Origin: the human T2T-CHM13v2.0 reference genome, Homo sapiens
Assembly (NCBI RefSeq): GCF_009914755.1
Contig: NC_060925.1
Length of the DNA stretch: 64,000 nt
Strand: one strand, 5' to 3'
The position numbers and the translations under genes were made by a program. Positions 23,696-38,565 of this stretch are shown here, in pieces. Below the pieces are notes generated by a model. It worked only from the letters and a program-made list of their open reading frames with translations. It was not told the DNA's origin and searched no databases. Numbering within the stretch: the first letter of the stretch is position 1; each line of letters begins with the position of its first letter.

Positions 23696-25104
23696 TTCTT
23701 CATTTTTGTTGTTTTTCTCCCATCAGAATGCATGCTTCATCAGAGCAGGAATTGTCATCTCTTTTATTCATCACTGGCACACAGCAGGCTATTGGTAAAT
23801 ATTCACTGAATGAATGAATTATAGAAGAGGAAACTCATGTCCAGAGAGGTTAGGAGACCTGCCTGAAGTCACACAGCAAGTAAACGGAGTAGCCATTAGA
23901 TTGCGTCTTCTCTCGGTGTGTGTTTTTTCTGCTCTCACTCTGGGATTCCTAGGGTGACTGTGATAGTAGGATAGACCAAGGAGGTACCAGGGGAGGAGGA
24001 CTCAGCAGCTGAGATAGCTGCGAATGGGCTGACTGCCACCAGGAGAGCACAGGTTCCTTGCCAAGGTGAGGAGGCGTGGCTTCCGCTGATGGCAGAAGGA
24101 CTTAAATTAATTTACAGCTTCCTATTTTCATTCTGAGAAGTTTTTCCCTTGTAATTACCAACAAATGGTTTGCGCTAACGCACATTCCTAAAAATGTAGC
24201 ATAAAAAATGAGGAAGCTGTCAGGTAATGACCTGGGCTGGCTGTTTAAAGGCACACTCACGATTATCAGACTTACCGTGGAACTGGATGAGGCCTCAGAG
24301 ACAAGGCCGTCCAACCCGTCATTTCACAGATGAGAAAACAGAGGCCCGGGGAGATCAGGTGGCTCGCAAGGAGATTAGACCCCTGACCCTGCCCCCGTCA
24401 TTCTCTTGTCTTCTCATCCTCCATCGCCAGATGCTCCTAGAGGTAAGATGGGAATTAGACCACATGCAGGACAGCAGCGCTTGGGAAGGGGCTCTGGTCC
24501 TCCCCTGCACTTCACGTCCGCCCAGCACATGTCCATCTGGGATCAGCCACATGACACACTGCACTACGAGCCCTGTAGGTCATTTAGAACCTTGGCCTGT
24601 GTCTTGCGGCCTTTGCTGCTCCCTCTACTCTCTGCCTACTTAGTTGAAAAACAGGGAATTGTTTCAAAATCAATTGGCCTAGGTATGTTTGCCTCCTCTC
24701 CCTCTCTCTCTCCCTCTCTCTCTCTGTACTAGATTAAACAATGTGGACTTGGGTTTCTCTGGACTCATGATTCTCTGTGCTTCGTCTCCTCCCCTGAAAT
24801 TGCATTCTAATCCCACATGACATTTGGCTGGTTTCCCCAGCAACCATCTCAAAAGCCATAAACAGCAGATTAAGGCTTTGAGGGGAGACATGAAAGACTG
24901 GACATGCCTGGCCAGGAGATGAAAACACAGCCGCTCAAAGGCTAGTTTGTAGTTACATCTTCTGCTAATAAGAAAAGGAAGGATAACTGGTTGTCTCTGG
25001 GTATTTTCCACGTGGAAGCAGCCGCTTTTTGTTATTTTAAAATCCCCCAGCACCTCAGACTCCATAGGGTAACATCCGAAACTGGAGTGGTTTGTTGGGT
25101 AATT

Positions 25105-25946
<842 letters not shown>

Positions 25947-27180
25947 TGACCTCATTCTGTCCACTCTCCCTGAAACCACCCCTGGCTTTGGTTGCTATAC
26001 TGGCCTTAGGATCTTTGCACAAACCAACCTGCTGCTTCCCCCACCCTATCCCACCCTGCTCCCTTCTAGAGTGCTCCCCGGCCCCAGCTCCAGCCCCTCC
26101 TCACCTGCCTGCTTGTCCTTTGGGTCTCAGCTCCCCTGTCCTCCCCTGGCAGATAGGTTTCTGTGGGAGCCCCTGCCCTCCCACCCATAATAATCAATGA
26201 CACCATATTATTATTTCCTTTAGAACTTTTCAGATGGTCTCACTATTTTGTTACCATCTTTTGTGCTTGGGTCATCTGTCCCTTCAACCCCAGCCCCACT
26301 GGAAGGTGAGGTCTACAGGGCAGGGAGGGGCCACCACTGACTCTGCCCCACCTTGCAAAGTGCCTGGCCTATAGTGAACACTCTGTAGCACTTAATGAGT
26401 GAATATGCAGCGCGATGAAGAGCCTTTTCATGCTTCTGCCTCCTGGGCTTGGCTGGTGTCTCTGACCCTGGTTATGGGAGGGCTGATGCAAGGAAGAGCT
26501 CCCTTCCCAAACCCCTTACTGTCGGTGTGCACAAACTCATTCTGACAGGGCAGGTGTCCTGTGGCTTAGCCAGCCTGGATTAAGGGACAAAGCAGAAGGT
26601 GGGCTTGAGCCATAGATAACAGAAGGCTGAAGACTACCAAACCCCACAGAGAAGGACCTAAGACATCAAAGTCCCCCTTCCCAGCTCCTGCCACTTGGCA
26701 TAATCATTCTCCCACTTACCTGGCACTTCACAAGTGTGATCTCATTTCTAATCCTCACCGCAACTATACTGAAGTATCTTCTCTTCATTTTACAGAAAGA
26801 AAAAGTCTCAGAAACTACTCCCATCTTGCGAATAGTAAGCAGTGGAGCCAGGATTTGAACCTGAGACCACGCACTGGGGGCTCTTGCCCCCACAAACAAA
26901 CCTGGAAAAACTTCCAGAAGCATCCTGAAGTGGGCCCCTCCAGTGCCATTTACTGTGGAACTCAGGCCTCAGGGCCAGAGCAGGCTCCCACTGGACTCCT
27001 CTCCCCACATTGTGGCCTCTCCTTGTAACCAGGTCTGCCTCCCCCACAACAGGGAAGCTCTTGAAGCCATGGATGAGCACCATGCTCCTTAAAGACCATA
27101 CTCAAGTGTCTCAAGTCTTTGATGAGAAAGTAGAATTACAGGATTATACTCTCAATCAATATTTGTTAATACCACCTTGC

Positions 27181-27655
27181 AGCTGGGCATGGTGGCTCAT
27201 GCCTGTAATTCCAGTACTTTGGGAGGCCAAGGTGGGAGGATCGCTAGAGCCCAGGAGTTAGAGGCTGCAGTGAGCCGAAATCCCGCCACTGCACTCCAGC
27301 TGGGGCAGGAGAGCAAGACCCAGTCTCCATAAAATAAAATGGGTTGGGATCAGTGGCTCATCCAGCACTTTGAGAGGCCAAGGCTGGTGGATCACTTGAG
27401 GTCAAGAGTTCAAGACCATCCTGGCCAACATGGTGAAAGCCTGTCCCTACCAAAATATATATATACATACACACACAAAAAAATTAGCCGGGTGTAGTGG
27501 CATGTGCCTGTAATCCCAGCTACTCGGGAGGCTAAGCCAAGAGAATCGCTTGAACCAGGAGGCAGAGGTTGCAGTAAGCCGAGATTGTGCCACCACACTC
27601 CAGCCTGGGCTGCAGAGTGAGATCCTGTCTCAAAGATAAATAAATAAATAAATAC
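27181..27655 (+). mobile_element. Alu monomer plus full Alu in tandem
   Basis: Alu motifs; the internal A-linker has decayed to (TA)n(CA)n. Confidence 0.85.
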
Positions 27656-28200
27656 TACCTTGGAGTTTCCTATAAAACGTGTTTTCTTCCTATAAAAATC
27701 TTAGTTCTTAGCTGAGGAGAGTTTGAAAGCATCTCACAGGCACTGAGCGGCAAGGCAGTCGGCCCAGATGCAATCACTTTCTGGAAATCAATTGAAAATA
27801 GAACCGGGAAACCAGCCTCCACTCCTGATACTGTTACTAACCTGCTATAAGACTTTGTGCTCACCTTTGCTTCCTGGGCCTCAGCTTCCCTGTTTCTGAA
27901 AGAAGAGAGCCCCTCTCCGAGGTCTCTTCCCGCTTTCTATAAATATTGATTGAGTACCCGCTGCCTGCCAGGGATATCGCCCTGGGCTCCTGGGATACAG
28001 CTGGAATCTCGACAGCCTGGGGAGGAAGGAGCCTTTGATCCTACAGCGGCAAGAGTTCTTGACACTTGCCGGCTGCCAAGCCTGTTTCCTCCCGGTCTAA
28101 CGTTCTGTGGTTGTCTGAATCTCCAGCTGCCCCTCAAAACCTTCAATCAGATTAGCGCCGTGCTCCTTTAAAGACCCTACTCAAAGTGCCTGGAGCTCAC

Positions 28201-28410
28201 CTGGGTGTGTTTGTGAGGCCCTTTCCCTCTCTTTACCCCTCGGAGGAGTCCGACCTGGAAGCCTCCTGCTGGACTTCTCTACTGGACTGAGTGCCCGGGA
28301 GTGCCAGAGCCAGTCCCAAAAAGGACCCAGGAGCGGGGACACCACGGGGAGGCGCCGCCACTCCAGTGTGCGGGACCCTGGCACCCCCGGCGCGTTCTCC
28401 GGCCTCCCCA
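28201..28410 (-). ncRNA. Candidate first exon of a divergent lncRNA from the CpG island
   Basis: Consensus minus-strand donor cag|gtgagc (plus strand gctcac|ctg at 28195-28203) on the upstream edge of the island. The TSS is a guess. Confidence 0.4.
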
Positions 28411-28900
28411 GGATCACCTGCACGGGGCGGGGCCGGGGGCGGGACGCCCCGGGCGGGGGCGGGATCCCAGGGTGGCAGCGCCGGGCGGCGGCGGGGACCC
28501 TGGCTGGGAGCGCGGCGGTGCCGGCGGGAGGCCGAGCGGGGCTCGACAGAGCAGGTAGGAGGCGCCTGGTCGCCGGGGTTGCCCGGGGCTGCGGGGAGCG
28601 AGGAGCGGTCCGGCCCAGGTGCGGTGGCTTCCTGTCCACCTGCCGGCCGCGCTGGGCGAAGGAGGGCCCGGGGGTGGGGACGAGGGGTCCCCAGTCTCAC
28701 CCCCACATCTGTTGGAGGAAGTGCCTGGGGTCTGCGCGGGAGGGCGTTGGTCCGGGGTGGTGGGAGGGAGGCTGATCATCTCCAGTGGGTCTTGGAGACG
28801 AGGTCGTTTCCTTGTCCCCTCCCCACCCAAGCATCTGGCGGAGGGGCCGAGGCTCGCTGGAAGAAAAGGGAGTCGACCTTGACCCGGCCTGGAGATAAAG
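28230..28900. promoter_or_regulatory. CpG island / GC-box promoter (probably bidirectional; NCMAP promoter by synteny)
   Basis: Very high GC and CpG density; several GGGCGG boxes at 28423-28463; a perfect EGR site GCGGGGGCG at 28453-28461. Confidence 0.88.
28470..28554 (+). other. NCMAP: Probable non-coding first exon of NCMAP (non-compact myelin associated protein); the start is approximate
   Basis: Donor cag|gtagga at 28554/28555 just downstream of the GC boxes. Gene identity is inferred from recalled RCAN3-NCMAP adjacency; no NCMAP coding sequence was recognised in the window. Confidence 0.65.
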
Positions 28901-29758
28901 GAACTTTTACCCACTTGGGGCCTTATCCGCCCCATCTGTTAAATGGGCGCCTTGATGGGTCTGCCCTATGCAGAGGCCCCTCCGGAAGATCTGCGATTCA
29001 GCGAGATGAAAACCCACGGCAGAGAAGGAGCCCAGGGCCGTAGTTCCCATCCGCAGCACGTTTGGAGGGGCTAGGGGGTCGCTCATCCAACAGCGCTCCT
29101 GAGGAAGGATGCAGAGACGGCTCCAGTTCTCTGGGTATCCTTGTGGGAGGAGATGGCTGTGTCAAATATGAAGGCTGGATTAGAGAGACCAAGGCAGCCC
29201 TTGAGTCTGGGAGAAGATTCTGGAAGGCCCCTTGGAGGAGGTGGCATCTGAGTGGGGCAGGGAAAGGAAAGGTGGTGGTTAGGGCAGCGCTTTGGAGTCC
29301 CTGCTTTACCCCTCAGCCAAGGCCGTCCAACAGTCTCGGGCAAGTCCACACTTTTCTCTATGTTTCAGTTTGATGTGCTCCTTAAATGAAACAATTTCTC
29401 TGACAGATTAAATCAGATAACTCATAAAGTGTTTAATACAGGGTCGGTATATAGTAGGCACTCAATGAACATGAGCTATTAATGTCTGCTAGCAGCTGCT
29501 TGGGGGCAGGGATGATGCCTATTTGGTTCACCCTTGTATCCCCAGCACCAGCACGGTGCCCAGCATGCAGTAGGTCTCAATACATATTTGTCCAATGAAT
29601 GAATGAATGCATATGAAGTACAATGCTTGGCACAAATAGTGAATTTACAGATGGCTGGTTCTAAGAGGTGGGTATGGATACTAGAGACAGTGGTCTAGGT
29701 GGATGGAACAGTTATAAGCAGAAGCCAAGAGCAACAGATTATAGGCACCCCCTCTTAT

Positions 29759-29859
29759 GGTGCATGTGTGTATGTGTGCATGTGTGTGTGTGTGCGCTTG
29801 TGTGCATGTGTGTGCATGTGGGTGTGTGCACGTGTGTGCGTGTGTGTGCGTGTGTGTGT
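29759..29859. repeat. Imperfect (TG)n/(TGCA/TGCG) alternating purine-pyrimidine microsatellite
   Basis: Directly visible ~100-bp repeat. Confidence 0.92.
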
Positions 29860-32264
29860 TGGTGGTGGTAGTAGAAAGTGACAGGCACAGCCAGAGCACC
29901 GGGATAGAAGAGGGCACATAATACCCTGGAATCCTGAGTCCCATCAGCCCGTGGGAGTGGATGATGGGGCAGGAACTCTAGGTAGGCCAATACCTTTACT
30001 CATGTCCTCTAAGTGGGGAGAGGGGACAGAAGGGCAGCCAAGAGACACCAAAGGACCATGAATGCCTGGTGGGAGGGGAGGAGGAAATGGGAAGGGGGTT
30101 CCCATGACCCCTTCATGGCCTGTGGCTTTCTTCACCTTGTCCCTGCTGGGCTCTGTGCTGGCTGGGGCCGAGATGAGCTGTGGGGAGGCAGCATGGTGCC
30201 AAGCCAGCCAGCCGCGGCGCATGCGGTGAGCTGGGCATATAGTGAGCTGGGCTTGAGGAACTGGCTGGGCTCTGTGGGAATCTAGTGTAGTGGTTTCCTA
30301 TCAACAGCTTATCCCCTGGGCCAGTTCCTGGGCTCCGTAGCACCATGTGGACTGTGGCCATTCCTGCCTGAAGTCAGGAAGGAGCTGTGTCCTTGAGGTA
30401 GAGCCACTCTAAGCAAAGCTAGTTTCAGTTTTGTGACGTCCTGGCAGGCAGCTGCAGTGGGTTTCCATCTCCCTGGGTTGACCACGAATATGTGAGAAGC
30501 AAAGTTCTAAAGTGCAGGTGGAGACTGGAGGAGTACATGAACAGTTGGGAGGCGCTGGACCCCCTAAGGGGGCCAAGTTCGAAGCTTCTCCTTGTAGCAC
30601 TTTCCATAATTGCCAACAACCCTTGTTTAATATCGGTGTTTTGCCCTAAGCTCTAGAAAAGCAGGGAGCAAGGCTGCCTTGCTTCTCACTTTGTCCCCAC
30701 CTAGCATGGTGTGTGGCTCACAGGAGGGGCTCAAGGAATCTATGTGGAATGCATCCACCCAGGCTGAGGATGGAGCTTTTGGCTTTGAGAGAGGAGATTC
30801 CGACAACACTGACCATGAGCTTCTTGTTTCATCGTGTGGTCCCCCCACTGTCCCCATCCCCTCTCTCACATTTTGTACCTCCACCCTTTCTCCTGCCATC
30901 ATCAATGCCTTTTCTCAGAGAAGGATCTAGTGCTAGACATTGACACATGAGGGGAGGCCTCACACTATGTCACTGTTCCCTGGGCTCCCAGAGGAGAAAG
31001 TGACGTCCAAGCTGACCCCCCCTCATCCTGTTGCTCCTGGGACACAGGGTCATAGTGTGTTAGAGGTGACAGGATCTCTACAGGGAGCGGAGCGCACTGT
31101 CACTCTCAGGGTTTGCAAACCAGGATCTGGACGTGATGTTCAGGGTCACGTAGAGTTGGGGAAGACCATTTCTCCTAACTCCAACAGCTTTCCACACTCA
31201 GTAAGCGGTGGCGTTCTCCAGGAATTGTAAATGCAGCAACACTTCCCTTTATTTTTCAGTCATCCAATAAATTGGGATGAAAGGTTAAAAAGAAAAGAAA
31301 AGAAAGGTAAAGTGGATTTTAAGTTGCCCAATAAACTCTTTTAATTTCTTAAAAAAAAAACCTCATGTATGATGAAAAGAAAGACCCCAAATTACATCTA
31401 TTCACCTGACTTTTAAAAAGATATATATATTTGATATTGAAGAGAAATATCCAAAACAGAACTTCTGTAATTTGGGCTAAACCTGTTGCTGGCCAGAAGT
31501 GCCTGTGGTAAGATGTCCACTTTGCATGCTGCTGTCCAAGGGCCTCTGAAGTCAGCCCGGAAGCAGCGGCCGGTTTGTTTGTCCTGGACAACCTCCAAGC
31601 CTTGTTCTAGTTCCCCTATCGGTTTCCCCATCTCCATCCATCCAGTCTCCTGAGGCAGTCATTGGCATCTCAGCCACTGGAGTCCCGCTGTTTGCTTTGG
31701 GACCTAGCAGGATGGATTTCTTGCTGTTTACACTGAAAAGAATTCCTAATCAGAAGTATAGATCCTAGGTGGGCAGGAGGCGGCAGGAAGAAGGAAAGGG
31801 GCTGAGCCAAGAAAAGAGCCAGCAGTGAGTCCTGAGCAGGGCAGGGGTGTGGGTGAAGCTGAGGGGGCGGAGCCAGAGGGGGAGCTGGCTAGTGGGGCTG
31901 GACCTTCTCATGTGGTTTGAAATTCCCCGAGGTAGTGGCTGCAGTTTAGTCTAAGGAAGGAACAGAGGGTGTGCCAACCTCTAAGACAGAGAGGCCTGTT
32001 CTCTAGCTGGGCTCAGGCCTTCTCCGAAGGGCCTCCTGCCTGGGCTGGACACATCTGAACTGTGGGGGCCCTTGCGGGGCTGGTACCTGCTTGGGGCCTC
32101 TGGGCTTGGAGGGCTTTGCTCCAAGTAACAGCCCCGAGGAGGCAGAGATGAGCAGGGCGTTAAGCCCTGTACTCTGCCTCAAGCCACATCACCTCTCTGA
32201 GCCTCAGTTTCCTAATTTAACCAGAGACGATAGTACCCTCTGCAATCATCTATTAAGAATTTGT

Positions 32265-34450
<2,186 letters not shown>

Positions 34451-35565
34451 TTAAGATCCATGCCTACTCAATCCTCTTTCTTTGAAATTCTGAATGTTCT
34501 GCCTCCTAAGGGTAACTGGTTTGCCCAGAGGATGAAAAGCAATTCATTTATCTTTTTTCTAAGCAGCTCCAAGTTCCTACCTAATTCCCAGTAACAGCGT
34601 CATTCGTCACAATAATAACAAGAATAATTAACATTTTTGAGACCCTTTAATGTGCCAGGCATTCTACGAATCACTTTGCAGCCTTGTCTCCTGATAAGCC
34701 TCAGGAACCCTATAAATGAGTGCTATTATCATCTCCATCTTGCAGATGAAGAAACTGAGGCTTGGAAAGACTAAGTGAGTTGCCCAGCTGGCAGTGCCAA
34801 CATGGATCCACGTCTGTTAGTTTGTTGTCAGACTGTAACCTCCCTGAGGGTGAGGACTGTGCCCCGTTCCCCACTGTCTCCCTATCACCCAACACAATGC
34901 CCGCTACATACCAGCTTTCCATGTGGAATGAACAAATGCTTGACAGACCCCGGAGCCTGAACTCTTACCCTTTCCACTATTCTGCCCTTCAGGGAAACTC
35001 ACCTGCTTCAGGTCCCCTGCTCTTTGTCTTGAAACAATCACTGCCTGTCACTTTGGTGCAGATATTGGCAGCTACAGCCATGCTGGAGTGAGGAATTATA
35101 AAAACAGGCAAGGGATCAGGCATTGACTTCTCCACTAATGCCCCTACAGTCCCACCCCCACACCCACCCCCAGCTGGGGGAAACTCCCAAGCAGAGTCTA
35201 CCTCCTGCTGAGCCTGCTTCTCTCTGGGAACTTAAAGGTGAACTTGGCAGAGTGCCAGGCAGAAAAGCCAAGGAAGCTTCCTGCCCTGGGGCTCATCCCT
35301 TCCCCCTCCTTATGCCCTTTCTCCAGGGCACATTACCAGACAGAGAGCTGGCATCCCTGGGGGGGGACAGGAACTCACCTGCCAAAATAATTAGACACTT
35401 GAGAAGTGCAGCTACTACAAAAGAAAGATAAATCAAACCACATATGCCATTCAGAGCAGAATTACCGAAGCAGATGGACCAAGATTTTAAAGTAAAGCAT
35501 GATTATACTTAAGGAGATAAAGGAAGAAATTCATGAAATAATACAAGAACAAAAAGTCACAGGCA

Positions 35566-36405
<840 letters not shown>

Positions 36406-36418
36406 AAAAAGTCATAAG

Positions 36419-36896
36419 AGAGAATCAAGCCAAAACATTAGCTATGAAAAATTTAAGATTTAAAAAATAAAAGACATAATAGATGGCCTGAATATCAGGA
36501 TGGATACAACTGAAGAATTTGCGAGTAGATAGGATGATCAGATTGAGAATTATCCCCAAAAGCAACAGGGAAAGAAACAGAGACAACACATAGAAAAGAG
36601 AAGCTGAGAGAGGCCAGGCGCAGTGGCTCACGCCTGTAATCCCAGCACTTGGGGAGGCTGAGGCAGGCAGATCATTTGAGATCAGGAGTTTGATACCAGC
36701 CTGGCCAATATGGTGAAACCCCATCACTACTAAAAATACAAAAATTAGCTCGGTGTGGTGGTGGGCGCCTGTAATCCCAGCTACTCGGGAGGCTGAGGCA
36801 AGAGAAGAATCACTTGAACCCGGGAGACTGGAGGTTGCAGTGACCTGAAATCACGCCACTGCACTCCAGCCTGGGCAACAGAGTGAGATTCTGTCT

Positions 36897-36934
<38 letters not shown>

Positions 36935-37440
36935 GAGAGATGGAGAGTATACGTATGATTCCCAAAAGGAAAGAAAAATAAAAGTGGAGATGAGGAAATA
37001 AATAATTGACGAAATAATGGAGATTTAAATGTTCCAAAAATGTTTTTTAAATGAGTGCAGATTGAAAGAGCTCATAGAGTAACCAACAGTAGAAAAGAAT
37101 AAGGAAAAATTCACACATAGGTATCAGGGGGAAATTAAGAATATGAAAGACCAGGAAGAAGAGCAGGGAGAAATAACAGATGGCGTACAGAGGAACAAGA
37201 ACTGGGTTGGCATTATTCTTCTCAACAGCAATACCCGATAAAGTCAAAGAAGTGATGTCACTAGTAATTTAAAAAAAAGAACTCTTTCAATCCAGAATTT
37301 TAAAGCCAGCCAATTTGTCATTCAAACATGAGGTCATAATAAAAATATTCTTAGGCAAATAAAGCCTCAGAAGGTGGAATACACAAAGACCCACATTGAA
37401 AATACTCTTGCAGGAAATAAATAATGAAAGAAATGTTCAG
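36419..37440 (+). mobile_element. Old L1 ORF1-region fragment (host of the pseudogene), with an Alu at 36612-36929
   Basis: ccagaattttaaagccagccaatttgtcattcaaacatgagg resembles the L1 ORF1 3' motif; A-rich decayed sequence on both sides of the pseudogene. Confidence 0.6.
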
Positions 37441-37955
37441 GAGATCCTGCAAGAACTGTGGGAAGTCAGGCTTCAGTGCAAGAAATAGAAGCAGTATTTG
37501 GCATTTTAGGCAGGAGGGGATTTTATACACCTTTTTTTTTTTTTAATGTAGGAAAGGCTAGAGGCTCCCAAAATACTGCAAAACTGGCCAGACTGGGGAG
37601 CTACAGCATCTGCCATAACCAGGAAAGTGGAGGAATCTCAAGGCTGCCCTGGAGGTTGAAACTGAACTTGACAGGGAACTGTTGAATTCAAGGACACATA
37701 CATCCTGGATCCAGGGACCTGGAAGCTGATACACTGTAACTGCCCAGATATTGGAACCCAGAGTCTGGGTACCAATGTCACTGCAACACTTGTTCATCTT
37801 TTCAACAAGGAGAGAGTGAGTCCTAGGCTTGGACAGGTTGGGAGGTGACATTGTCTAGCTAGAATTTAATGACATTGATCTATTTCATCTAATTTATTTC
37901 ATTGTTACCTTCTATTAATGGCAAGTGACACTGGCCATTTTTAGAAGTGATAGAA

Positions 37956-37958
<3 letters not shown>

Positions 37959-37992
<34 letters not shown>
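37959..37992. repeat. (TG)n microsatellite replacing an Alu tail
   Basis: About 17 perfect TG units adjoining the 3' end of a - strand Alu. Confidence 0.93.
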
Positions 37993-37996
<4 letters not shown>

Positions 37997-38188
37997 GAGA
38001 CAGTCTTACTCTGTCACCCAGGCTGGAGTGCAGTGGCGTGATCATGGCTCACTGCAGCCTCCACCTCCTGGCTCAATCAATCCACCCACCTCAGCCTCTT
38101 GAGTAGCTGAGACTACAGGTGCACACCATCATGCCTGGCTAATTTTTGCATTTTTTTTGTAGAGATGGGGTCTCACTCTGTTGCCCAG

Positions 38189-38565
38189 TGATATGGTTAG
38201 GCTTTGTGTCCCCACACAAATTTCATCTTGAATCATAGTCCCCTTAATCCCCACTTGTCAAGGGAGAGACCAGATGGAGGTAATTGAATCATCGTGGTGG
38301 TTTCCTCCATGCTGTTCTCGTGATAGAGTGAGTTCTCATGGGATCTGATGGTTCTGTAAGGGGCTCTTCCCCTTTCGCTTGGCACCTCTCCTACCTGCCA
38401 CCTTGTGAAGAAGTTACCTTGGTTCCCCTTCTCCTTCCTCCATGATTGTAAGTTTCCTGAGGCCTCCACAGCCATGCTGGACTTCGAGTCAGTTAAACCT
38501 CTTTCCTTTATAAATTACCCAGTCTTGGGCAGTTCTTTATAGCAGTAAGAAAACAGACTAATGCT
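38189..38565 (+). mobile_element. THE1D/MSTA-type MaLR solo LTR inserted inside an AluJ (Alu halves 37993-38188 and 38566-38659, - strand)
   Basis: tgatatggttaggctttgtgtcccca start and aacagactaatgct end; exact 5-bp TSD CCCAG (38184-38188, 38566-38570). Confidence 0.88.

Noticed and set aside
28181-29043. Long overlapping ORFs (250, 173, 157, 152 aa) across the CpG island
   Set aside because: GC-rich sequence lacks stop codons in all frames. The products are low-complexity G/P/R/A, mostly start at non-ATG codons, and match no family I recognise.
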